DNA of 62,954 nucleotides, the filler included, from Reticulomyxa filosa (Eukaryota; Protista; Foraminifera), in the NCBI GenBank assembly GCA_000512085.1. It is 24 parts of 24 records of this genome, joined end to end, with 100 filler letters (N's around TTAATTAATTAA, not from the genome) between each part and the next. Parts side by side here need not be neighbours in the genome. Positions count along the whole stretch, not along the records: positions 47,627 to 55,779 come from ASPP01007190.1; positions 55,880 to 60,710 come from ASPP01039221.1; positions 60,811 to 62,954 come from ASPP01006223.1; 21 more parts are not named here. The stretch is one strand, 5' to 3'. Position numbers and translations under genes: made by a program. This document shows positions 49,652 to 61,240 of this stretch, one piece after another. Numbering within the stretch: position 1 is the stretch's first letter; every line of letters begins with the position of its first letter. Below the pieces are notes generated by a model that saw only the letters and a list, made by a program, of their open reading frames with translations, searched no databases and was not told the origin of the DNA.

Positions 49652-52600
49652 ATATATTTATGCATATATACATTGATTTTTTTTTGGTTGCACATCGTAT
49701 CCTTACAGCTCAAGGTGGGACGTTTTATCGTTGGCTATTTGTCATGCTTTAAACCGACCAATGCAAATGGATTGTGGTTCCATTTGAATGGCACCAGACA
49801 GCTGGGAATTGGATGGAGGAATGTTCATAGTTTGAAAGGACCCGAAATTCGCCGGTCGATTGTTGGTGAATGGAAATCCAGAGGTTTGGATGTGGGTATT
49901 TCAAAAGAAGACAAGGAAAAAAAAGCAAAAGACAAAGAAAACAAAGAAGAAGAAGAAGAAGAAGAAGAAGAAGAAGAAGAAAAAGAAAAGGAAGAAGTTG
50001 ATGACAATAAGACAACATTGCATCCGGAAAACTTAAATGGCGAAGATACAAACGATCAAGATGACACACATCGATTGGAATTGTTCCATCCCCAGGACTT
50101 GGTCCATGCGTATGTGGAAAGCATAGTGGAGAAACACGTGTACCTGTCTCTGAAATCATTTTTGGTATTGGCTGAAACCAAGTTATCTGCAAAAACATTT
50201 TACACCAAGAAATTGGTCCAGGACGTGCACAAATTGCAGGAATTGCGCAGGAGTCAGTATGTGAAAGACTATATTGATCGCGAAAAGGAGGTGCATCGAA
50301 CTCGACTATTGGAATTAAAAGCACAAAATAAATTCCAAGAAGACATGAAAGCCAGTGCCATTGCACAATTGAAAGAAGAGAAAGAGTGGATGCTACGGAG
50401 CGGCAATTTGCATGTCGGCTCGATTTTACAAGGACTCTGCGTCGAAGAGGTCAACAAATCTGAAGGCACGGTCTCCTTTCAATTGCAACACAAATGCTTG
50501 AAAGGAGTCATGAATGGTGTCTTTGAGGATCGTTTATTGAAACAGTACTTGTCAATACAAAGAGACGGAATTGCTTGTACTTGTCTGGTCAAATACATCG
50601 ATTGGTCGGCGGGCATTGTATATTTGTATCACAGTGTAATCGAACAGGAACAGCAAGCGATTCAAGCTACCAGTGACGACCGAGTACATTTGCAAACACC
50701 TGCTGGTGCAATATTGTGGGCTCATGTCATCCATAAAACAAGAGAACTTGTCATCCTCAAAATTTTCATTGGATACAGCACTTACATTGGATGCGCTCCA
50801 ATTCAAGTTCCATATCTGCGTCTGCCTTCCGATCTCTTCGTCTTGAATGAGAAGCTGCAAGTGGCCTTATTATCGCCCTCTGTTGTACATGGATTTGTTC
50901 TAACCAATATTCTCGAGTTTTGTTTGTTATATATACATATATATGTATATATATGTATATATGTGTGTGTATGTACATGTAATGTAATTTACTTTCTCTC
51001 TTTCAAAAAAAAAAAAAACAAATAGCAACGATATATTACTCCGAGTCCGCAACTTTAATCGAAAGAACGCTTTTTACTTAAATCAAAACAAAAGCCCAGT
51101 GAAACGATCTCTAACACAATTGGCCAAAGGCGACAATGAAGTGAATCGAGGCTTGCCATCGAAGCGAATAAAATGGGATATAGTAGATACTATTAAGTTA
51201 CCCGTGCCAAGCGTAATTCCTATTCAATCTCCGTTGGACGATATTGAAATTGAGGGCACTTTTGTTCATGAATCGAAATCATTCGAACGTTAAAAAAAAT
51301 AAAAAAAATAAAAAAATAAAAATTCATTGATACATTTACATTTCTCCTTGCACTTTGCAAAAAATGTGTGTGTGTGTGTGTGGAAAAATAGGACCAACAG
51401 CACAATTCCATGTGGGACAAAAAGTAAGTGGAGTGGTTGCTCTGATCGATCGAGATATTGGTGTTATTGTGCGACTGGACAATGGAAAAAAAGGTCTTGT
51501 TCCCATTGTGAAAAAAGAGCAATACTATCGCTTCGCCAATTTGTTTCCTGTAGGATCAAAAGTGGACGCAAAAGTTTGTAATGCCGATCCATCAAATCTT
51601 CAATTGGAATTGAATTTGTCCACAGAAGAGAAACCCGAAAAGAAATTTGGAAAGGTTCAATACAAATGGAGAGAAATGACAGAAGGCGATTTCTTGGTTG
51701 TTCATTTGTTCAAAAAAATTTCAAATGGAGATTTGCTGGTCAAGGTGCCTCATTCCGATTTTGGCATAGGCATCATCAAAAAACAAAATTATCCGTCCAC
51801 TTTGGATGTTTCCAAAATGCTTCCAAGTGATAAGATTCAAGCTTGGGTTTATAAGATTATTGAATACAATGCTGAAGACCAAAAAAACCATAAGGGCAAG
51901 TGTCGGGTCGAATTTACCATGAATCGAAAGCAAATCAAATTAAATAAAACTCCATCGATGGCAGAAAAGAAAATCGACCCCAATCCAGACGCCAAAGTAC
52001 TGGAAAAAATGGAAAAGGAATTGCAGAACTTGGACCAGGCCAAGACGGTCAAAGAAGAGGACGAGATCCCAGAATTAGATTTGTTCATTGATAAAACAGG
52101 TGAGGAAGTGCCGGTGGATGATGGGAATGAAAATCCATTTGAACATGAAGATAAGGATGGACGTGATGAAGATGATGAACATAAGGATGATGATGAACAT
52201 GAGGAATATGAAGATGGAGATCACGATGCGAATAGCGAAGAGGAGCGCCAAATCAGAGCCCTGGGCTTGAATTTGGAAGAAAGCAAAACAGAAAGAGACT
52301 TGATAGATGATGAAAATGATGATAATGACGAGGATAAGGATATGGAAGATCGAATTGAGCCTAATGAATCTACAGAAAAAATTGCTTCGGTATGTATACA
52401 TTATATATTTGTTGGCATTATGTTTTGTTTTTTTTTATAATCTTTCATAAGGTCATAACAATGATAACTTATGAAAAAAGATGCAACCTGAGATATTGTC
52501 AATGGATGTCGTGAGCAAAAAAGAATTATCAGAATCAAAAGGAAATGTGAAAGTACCAGAATCACCAAAAGAGTTTGAAAAACTGTTGGTAAGCAGTCCA

Positions 52601-53637
52601 AACAGTAGCGTCATTTGGATTCGTTATTCGGCATTTTATTTAGGTAAGCGAAATGTTGGACGAGCACGTCAAATATTAAAGCGTGCATTGGAGGTTATTC
52701 TTGATACAGAAGAACGAGAGCGTTTGAATATATGGATTGCATGGATGAATTTGGAATATATGTATGGAACTGAAGAAACATTATTGAAAATATTTAAGAG
52801 TGCCTGTAAAAATTGTGATGAAAAGGATTGCTATTTGAAATTTGTGGAAATTTTGTCACGTGATATGAATAAAACTGATCCAAAACATAAGGAACTTACT
52901 TATAAATACTATAATCAAATGTTGACTAAATTTTCTCATGATAAACAAGTTTATATTGCTTATGGTAAATTTTTATTTGACGAATTTAAACGAACCAAAG
53001 ATATTAAATACAAAGAAGATGCTAGAAATATATTGAAAAAAGGATTATATTATTTGAATAGTAATCGTTTGAGCCAAATTTCCTTAATTCAAAAATTTGC
53101 TCTGTATGTTATTTATTTATATATTTATATCAATGAATAATAATAAAATTAAAAAATTTTATGCTTGTGTTTGTATCTAAATTTAGCATGGAATATGAAT
53201 ATTCCAAATCTAAACCGTTGTATAATTTGTTAAACGATGAAATGAAAGAGAAATATGAGGAAATTAGTGGAACAAGTCAAGGAAAATCGCTATTTGAATC
53301 TTTAGTGCAAACATATCCATCACGAGTCAATATTTGGAAAAAATATGCACTAACAGAATATAAACATGGACATGAAAAACATGATGTTAGATTAATGAAT
53401 GCTCGTACTATTTTTGAAAAAGCTGTTCAAAGTTGCAATAATTTGACAGATTCAAACTCGAAAATAAAAAATATAAAATGGCTATTTAAAGAATATTTGG
53501 CATTTGAAAAAGCATTTGGTTATCGTTCTTTAGATCATAGTGAATGGATTCAAAGAATTAAAGATTTAGCTAAACAATTTGTGTTAACACAGCAATCCAC
53601 ACAAAAATCTGGAAAAAAGACTGTCGATCAATTGTAA
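47760..53637 (+). CDS. RRP5: rRNA biogenesis protein RRP5 (S1 repeats plus C-terminal HAT/TPR), multi-exon, 5'-truncated
   Basis: Several S1-like repeats (VKPGMVFDCKI...GLIGYV..LHVSD; EFYLGQYVQVRV; FHVGQKVSGVV). Signature EFEKLLVSSPNSSVIWIRY...RARQILKRAL...EERERLNIWIAWMNLEYMYG. Confidence 0.93.
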
Positions 53638-53799
53638 TCATTAAAAAAGTTGTTATATCATCAATTTTGTTTTAATTTTGAATTATATTGTCTTGTTTTA
53701 CACATTTCAAGTTCCTTGAAAATTGCAATGTATACATCGTTTTGCTTGCATTATCGCACTATTTGACCATTAAAGGAAAAAGTCAAATATAAATTATTG

Positions 53800-54503
53800 A
53801 TGTTGATTTTTAATCATATAGAACACATTCGAACACCTAATTTTGAAAAATAACAAAAAAGAAAAAGTTAACAGTCGTGCCTGCATTGTGACCATGAAAT
53901 TTGCCAACTTCTTAAACATTTTTTAAAATATTCCACAACAAATATTTTGCATCATTTTTTCCAAAACAGTGAAACAAGTAACAAAAATTATCAACAGAGT
54001 AAAAAAATAAATGACGGCAAAGTAAATTTTAATGTTAAAAATTATCATAATGCGAACAAAAGTTTGTAGGGTAAGTCCCTTTTATGAATGGCAAAGTTCT
54101 GGAGCACCGAGTGGACTAAACTTTCTTAATTTACTTTCTTTTTCTGAAATTTGTTTTCGAATTAAGTTCCTTTCGTATTACACTTACTATCAATCACTAT
54201 TTCTACAATCCTTTTTTTTCTGCCTTTGTGCACTTTTCGACTTGTAACTTAAAAATTACTTATTTTTGCACAATCTATAATTTCTCATGCACTATTAGAG
54301 ATAATAACGAAATAAACATCGTTTAAAAATAAATCAATTAAAGACTTTCAAACATTATTTTGGTTGGTAAAGATGCAATAAAAAATCAAAACTACACTAT
54401 TCGTAGATATTTTTAAAAAAAGATCTAAATGTTGTTTCTTCATTGAAAAAATCAATAGACTCCATAATGCACTGTTTTAGATTTCTTTTTTTGCATTCTA
54501 CTG
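53800..54503. mobile_element. MITE family 1, older copy with a clear right arm (~54385-54503, TA at 54504-54505) and decayed left part
   Basis: Ends ...TTTGCATTCTACTG|TA. 53861-53930 (ACCATGAAATTTGCCAACTT) is the reverse complement of the internal region 39620-39690 of the complete copy. Confidence 0.65.
54065..54207. mobile_element. Internally deleted solo-LTR-like repeat (family 2)
   Basis: TGTAGGGTAA...TTAATTTACTTTCTTTT...TTCCTTTCGTATTACACTTA...CACTATTTCTACA is colinear with 60421-60642. No intact TSD. Confidence 0.7.
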
Positions 54504-54885
54504 TATATCGACGTGAAAATTAAATTAATAACACAACCATCTTGCAAACTCTTATACCAAAAGTATAAAAATTATTGTGTTTTTACACAATAATATCTAC
54601 TAATGTAAATTTAATGTTGATATTAGATAACATATATCTGTTGTATGCAACACAAGGTGCCACACATCATTATATATTACAAAAAAATATATTTTTTATT
54701 CGGCGCTTCGTATAGAGGTCCTTAGATTTATTTGTAAAAAATTAGAAAGAGACATTTATATAGTTAAATTTATAATTATAATTATGTCAAACCTGTCAGT
54801 TCTTTTTCTTTTTAAAAAAGAGCAAACGGTTTTTTGTTCTTAGTAGTTTGGAGGACATTAACCAAGACTTTTGCTTTTTTGAAAC

Positions 54886-55441
54886 ATGAAACTCTTTCTC
54901 TTGTCATTATTGTGTCTGGGAAGTTTAACAACAGCAAGTCGTTATGTAGCTTATATTGACGACTTAACAGGCTGGTGGGATACTTCAATATTGGAAGCAA
55001 TGGGAGTACCAGGATACACAAAAAAACCACATCCTTATAATGTATTGATTTTATCTTTTTATTTATCTAATGGAAATGCAGCGGATGCATTAACAGTTTG
55101 GATTGATCCATTGTAAGGATAAAAAAAATATATATATAGTATTTTTTTTTTTTAATTATTATTTATTTGATAATAATAATAGACAAAATTTTAACACGGA
55201 TACGCAAAAGAAAATTTGTAATTGCAGTAATCCTACAGCTGATTCATTTCGTCAAGGATTATTAAATATTTATCATTCACATGGAATAAAATTATTAATG
55301 TCTTGTTTTGGAAGTACTGATTTTCCAACATCATCAGTCAATGCTCATACTTTAGGAAATAATATTGCTACTTATGTAAAAACATATAAACTTGATGGTG
55401 TTGATATTGATTGGGAAGATAGCAGTACTTTTGAATCTGGT

Positions 55442-55480
<39 letters not shown>

Positions 55481-55779
55481 AATAATTTGTTTTTTATTTT
55501 TCAAAAGGAACTGGATTAGGAGAAAATTGGTTAACAAATTTAACATCTTCAATTCGATCAGGACTTCCATCATCGGATGGTTATATAATAACACATGCAC
55601 CACAAGCTCCTTATTTTGCAAATAAAGCTAATTATGCCAAAGGTGCTTATTTAACAGTACATAAAAACGTTGGATCGTCAATTAATTGGTATAATCTTCA
55701 GTTTTATAACCAAGTTCATCTGCCTATTCACCTATGCCACTTTGTTCCAAGCTGCTGATGGTTGGTCTTCCAACACTTC
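54886..55779 (+). CDS. Secreted GH18 chitinase-like glycoside hydrolase, multi-exon, 3'-truncated
   Basis: Signal peptide, YNVLILSF, KLLMSCFGS, LDGVDIDWED (DxDxE), ITHAPQAPYF and WYNLQFYNQ. Confidence 0.9.
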
Positions 55780-56039
55780 NNNNNNNNNNNNNNNNNNNNN
55801 NNNNNNNNNNNNNNNNNNNNNNNTTAATTAATTAANNNNNNNNNNNNNNNNNNNNNNNNNNNNNNNNNNNNNNNNNNNNGGGGGGGGACATTCTGTTCAC
55901 AAAAAAGTTCACTCATCAGTGAATAACTAATTCATAATTTGTAAAATATGAAGCAAATTATGAGCTTTCTCTAAGCATGACTTGTGGAATTGAAATTGAT
56001 GTGTGCACATATACTGTGATACGCACGTATAAGTAAATG

Positions 56040-57729
56040 CGTATGTTTGTGTGCCTAGTATTGATAAACTGAAGAAGGGAGAAATTAACCAGTTGGCGTC
56101 AGGCAAATTTGAAATCGGAAGTGTGGACAATTGCTTAGAAGAAAGCACCACATTGCCGCCAATCATTGTGGATACTCGAATAATCATCTACATCCGCCAT
56201 GCAAAGTCAACCTGGAATGACGCCGAAGCGACCCTCCAATCCAAAGTATCAATGTTTGGAAAAGGGCTGTACGAACAATTTCGAGCAGAAAAAGAAATGG
56301 ACAAAAACAAGAGCCACGAAGGTGCTGCACAAAGTGCAACGTCGAATAGTACCGACGTTAATCCTAGTAATAGCACCACCATAATGGACGCCCCATTAAG
56401 CGACGAAGGGATATTGCAAGCCATTGACTTACACTATTTTTTGATGAGTTATCGTATGAATACGTTTATTCAGAGTGTCATTCAAAATGATGCGTTTCGA
56501 ATAGTTTCTTACATATATATGTACATATATATACATATATATATATATATGTATATATATAAATTTGTTTGTGTTGTTTTATCATGGGATGTGTTGCAAT
56601 GTATACGTATAATTATATAAATTGCACAAAGTGAGCTAACTGCGTCATATTCTCTGTTGGAAATATGCAAAAACGCTGGAGGCTTGATCAATACAAGGCA
56701 TAACAAGACGCCCAAAGAGAAGGAAAGAGGAAAAAGAAAACGGAAAAGCAGCAAAGTACATAGGCGCAAACATAAGAGGCATGTGCAACTGTGCAAGAAG
56801 CCCATTTCATTTCGGGCGGTCATGGATGCCATACTTGGGACTGACAATGACTCTATCGTTCTCACTTCCAATTTAAGAAGTATACATTTTTTTTTTTATT
56901 TGTTACAATTTTTTTTTTTTTATTCTAACAAACGAATAAAAATGAAAGGGTCCATTGACACTGCCATCATTGGCTTATCATCACGATTCTGTGCTTTCCC
57001 TCTGGAAAATCTCCACATGCTATCTTGCTTGCAAGAATTTGGCAGAAATCCAGACACTCGTTTTGAATGATTATATATATATATATATATACATACATAT
57101 ATAAGATACATTTATTTATATATTTTTCTTTCAATAAATTTTTAAAAAAAAACACCTATGTGCAAGGAAAATTACACACAATATATTATTTGTTTAGAAA
57201 CCAAGACAGGAGCATATGAAATACCTCAATTGTCAGAAGTAACGATGAAGTCGACACGTATCAACGTGTTACATTTACAAAATTTTTATGAGTCTCGATT
57301 ACAAACGACACAGTGAAGAATATATATGTACATATATATAAGAGGGAATGACAATGTCTTTCTTTTTTTTTTGCTTTGTAAAATTGAATTTGTTTTTGCA
57401 TCTCCAACAGCAACTTTGGACCAAAGAAGGATGATAATCTAGCAAAGAATGACAGATTGATGGAATTTTGTGAATATGTGTTTGAAACAAATACTCACAA
57501 AAGAGTCGTTGTTGTAGGCCATTCGATTTGGTTCCAAAAATTTTTTCAAACATTTTGGCTCAAAGACGTGTCTACCCAAAATTTGGAGGCTGATTTACTG
57601 AATAAAAAATTGTACAATTGTGGTATTGTGGCATTTCAGCTATGTCAAATACTACAAAACGATCAGCTTTTTTATTGTATTAATCCTTGCAGTTTTAGCG
57701 AGATACACAAAGGGTTCTCGCAATTATAA
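56040..57729 (+). CDS. Histidine phosphatase (phosphoglycerate mutase family) protein, multi-exon
   Basis: IYIRHAKSTWN (RHG motif variant), DAPLSDEGILQA, SNLRRSIDTA (after splicing 56880-56948), LQE and VVVVGHS. Confidence 0.85.
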
Positions 57730-58229
57730 AACGTCTTCTTTTTTTTAAAAAAAAAAAAAAAAGTTGTTTACTGTTTCTCTAAGACCCCTCCCTCGCACGT
57801 GTTCCATCTACCAAAAAATCTAACCACAAGAAATTCATGTAAACTTTATAAATTTTTTTGCACGTTTGTATAAGCACTTTGCCACCAGATGAAAAGCATC
57901 CGGTGTGTGTTTGGAATGATCAGAACAGTGAGTATTCTTTTGTTCAGAAATTTTTTCGAGAGCAAACCAATGTAGGAGTCACATGAATTGTGTTTGTTTG
58001 CTTTCCAAAAAAGAATGTTTTCCCCTCAATACTAAAAAAAAGAAACTCGCTTGAAATACAAACAAGAAAAAGAAAAGATTTAAATCCTAAACAATTTTTA
58101 AGATACTGTTTCATCTAACCAAGAAAACCTTGTAAAGATATTTATTCATACAACACACACAAAAAAAAAAAAAAAAAAAAAAAATGACGTTACCCCGACT
58201 CGTAAGGAAGTAAAAGAAAAGATCGGTTA

Positions 58230-60139
58230 TTATTCCTTTGCAATGACAACAGTGCAAATGACGCCGGGTAAAATGGTATGGATTTTGAGATTGGATCCAG
58301 AAGGGAAAAGTGTATTGACAGCGACGACATAGACATTGGCGTCATCCTCGGACGCGTTTTTGTCAGTGGTGGTCTGTTCAAAGCCGAGCCAGCACGTCTG
58401 CCCACAGTCATTTTTGCCCCAGCTGAACACCCACTCGTCATTGACAAGAACAAAGGCATTGAAGGTGCTTGCGAAGATGCGCATGTCCTTGATGACGCCA
58501 ATTTGGCGTCGGAGTTCGGGTGGCAAAGCCCAGACTTGCAGAGGTGAGAAGAAGCTGCGGTGCTGCGTATCAAAATGCGTTGGGGTCAGCACAAAGTACG
58601 TATTGTAACCCCACCCATAAAACGTATACGTATCGTCACACACCAACGTGAAGTGATATCCACAGCCGACCGATATTAGATTTTTCTTTTTTTCCATGAA
58701 GTAAGTCAAGCAACTATAATACTGTTCTTCAGTCTCAGTGATGTCTTCAGTCACAGCTGTTATATTACTTTCCTCACTTGTCGTTGTTGCCGTTGTTGTT
58801 GTTGTTGTTGTTGTTGTTGCTGTTGTTGTTGCTGTTGTTGTTGCTTCTGTTGCTTCTGTTGTTGTCGTCGTCGTCGTCGTTGTTGCCTCCGTTGCAGTAG
58901 TCTTTGAGGGCAAAGGGATACCCAACTGCCCTTTGGAATTGCTGCCTACACACAATACTCGATTTTCACGGTCCACAAAGCAGGCATGACACTCGGCGCT
59001 GTCCACACACTTTAGGTTACTGTGACTCAACCACTCTGGGAGCAACAGCGATATCACCTCCTTGTCTTCCTCCTCCACTTCTGCATCTTGCTTCTGTGCG
59101 GGCACGAGGCGGCCACAATAATACACGTTGTTCACGCCAAGATATTGCACCAACAAAGGCACCAAAAACTTGAAGCTCACTTGTCTCTCTTCAATGTCCA
59201 AGTGACGCAAGTAATAATCAGCAAGCAATTTATTTTGTTCCGTTAGACCTTTTCATTTCATTTTTTGATTATGTATTATTTATTGTGTATTATGTATTAT
59301 GTATTATTTATTATGTATTATGTGTTATGTATTATTTATTATGTATTATTATTTATTATTTATTATGTATTATTATTTATTATGTATTATTATTTATTAT
59401 TTATTATTTATTATTTATTATTTATTATTTATTATTTATTATTTATTATTTATTATTTATTATTTATTATTTATTATTTATTATTTATTATCTTCCTCAT
59501 CACTTTTTAAAAAAAAAGCGATGTTGCGAGAACTCACGAAAATAAAAAGACAAAACTTGTAATGAAAATAGTAGATTCGTCCAAACATTTAACGTCGAGC
59601 AGATACTCTCTTTGTGACTGCAACTTGTCGAAGAAGGTGTTTGGGGTTGGGGTGGTGACAATGTTGGGAGGGTTGGACTTTGGCGGCAATCCCAACTGCT
59701 GCGATTGGTTGTTTCCCCAACAAAACAGCTTGGATTGCTCTGTCATTACAAACAAATGGCTACTAAAAAAGTGACCGCACACCTTCTTTATACGTTGCCG
59801 CGATAATTCGAAAAAATTATTGATATACAACTGCAAGTCTTTCGAATCAAAACCGTCTCCTTCTTCCCCATTTCCGAACATGCCGTTGTGATTCTTTGCT
59901 GTAAACACAATCTTATCTGGCAATACGTATATCAAACCAAATGCCCACAGCAACACTTGCTTCGCCACTTTCACCATCTCGTTCACTTGGGGAATACTAC
60001 AACACGTCAAGCGTTCATAGTCTTGCGCGTCCACGGTACCGACCCAATACAACTGGTGCTCGATATCGTTGTCAATATTATCCGAGAGAAAGGTCTTATC
60101 GTGATACGAATATGCCTTCATTGTTTTATTCCTCCCCAA
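58230..60139 (-). CDS. RCC1/BLIP-II repeat protein, multi-exon, with a poly-Thr insert
   Basis: LFCWGNNQSQQLGL, VGSNSKGQLGI, VGCGYHFTLV....FYGWGYN and VFSWGKNDCGQ. Confidence 0.82.
58781..58890 (+). repeat. (GTT/GTC)n coding microsatellite (poly-Thr on the minus strand)
   Basis: Directly visible. Confidence 0.9.
59268..59491 (+). repeat. Intronic heptamer satellite (TTATGTA)n grading into (TTATTTA)n
   Basis: Directly visible tandem 7-mers between the RCC1 exons. Confidence 0.9.
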
Positions 60140-60420
60140 GTAGATAATTTTGATGATCTTTGTTTTTGTTGTTTTTTTTTACCTGCTTCTCCCCCTTTTC
60201 TTTCCCCTGTTTCTCACGCTTGTAAACCGCTACTGCAAGAAAGATTCCTTGACAAACGAAAATATCTTATATACATAACGGGTATAATTTGCACATTATT
60301 ACATTCTGTCAGTTGTCAGATTGGTTTTAAACTATTCACTATTTGTTTGCCGTTCCACAGACCACTAATTTCTTTATATTTTTTTTTAAAAAAGAAAATG
60401 CAAGTAAAGCAACTTGGTCT

Positions 60421-60642
60421 TGTAAGGTAAAGCCCTATTATACAAGTTCAAATAAAGGAACTGTGGGACCCCCCTGTGGGCTAAACCTTCTTAGCAACAC
60501 AACTCACTTTGTCTAGTTCTTTAGTTTGTTTCCTTTCATTGTGTTGCAATTCTTTTCGTTAATTTACTTTCTTTTCCTGAGATTACTTTTTCGGAACTAA
60601 GTTTCCTTTCGTATTACACTTAATCTCCTCACTATTCCTACA
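60421..60642. mobile_element. Solo LTR (family 2), 222 bp, TGTA...TACA termini, 4-bp TSD GTCT
   Basis: GTCT|TGTAAGG...CCTACA|GTCT, with the TSD at 60417-60420 and 60643-60646. Second copy at 54065-54207. Confidence 0.8.
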
Positions 60643-60810
60643 GTCTTATTTGAATGAGGAAGAAAAGAAACGGATGGTTTGAAAGTGTATTGAATTATCT
60701 CTGCTAGTGCNNNNNNNNNNNNNNNNNNNNNNNNNNNNNNNNNNNNNNNNNNNNTTAATTAATTAANNNNNNNNNNNNNNNNNNNNNNNNNNNNNNNNNN
60801 NNNNNNNNNN

Positions 60811-60977
60811 AAATCTTGTAGTTTTTAAATATGAAATTGGTTTTTTAATATTTAAAAACTACAAGATTTGTAGATATTTTTAAAAAAAATTAGGTTTAAA
60901 TGTTGATTTTTCATGGAGAAAATCAATTATCATCATAAGATATGTTTTAGGCGTTCAGTTTTCTTTGCAACTTACTG
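60811..60977. mobile_element. MITE family 1, fold-back copy (left arm cut by contig start), TA at 60978-60979
   Basis: 60811-60832 is the exact reverse complement of 60848-60869. Ends ...TTTGCAACTTACTG|TA. Confidence 0.85.
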
Positions 60978-61240
60978 TAATAAAAAACCACTATCTGACA
61001 CCTTCAATCAATAAATTTGGGCCGTAATGACTCAATTTTTTTTTTTGCTTACAAAAGATTTTTGTCATAGCTTATAAAAAAAACAGTACAGTATTTTGCA
61101 ATGCTTCTAATTTTAGTGCTAACTTGGAAACAAAAAAAAAGATCGTAATATAATTTCATAATAATTTTTTTGGAAAAAATTGATTTCCATTTTTAACAGG
61201 TAAACTACTCACGAAACAATAGCTATTGCAAATATTCTGT

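Larger units (their letters stand above)
2151..60810. other. 23 artificial contig-joining linkers N44-TTAATTAATTAA-N44, starting at 2151, 3437, 8920, 11253, 12405, 15855, 17617, 18832, 20575, 21675, 23705, 26338, 28566, 32591, 34502, 37307, 41646, 43294, 44548, 45837, 47527, 55780 and 60711
   Basis: Identical 100-nt blocks. The 12-mer gives stop codons in all six frames. Composition and genes change abruptly across each block. Confidence 0.98.

Noticed and set aside
48230-51025. A single 931-aa RRP5 exon with hydrophobic FFFF/IYIY 'transmembrane' segments
   Set aside because: These segments are read-through of short introns (about 48225-48322, 49580-49708 and 50917-51025).
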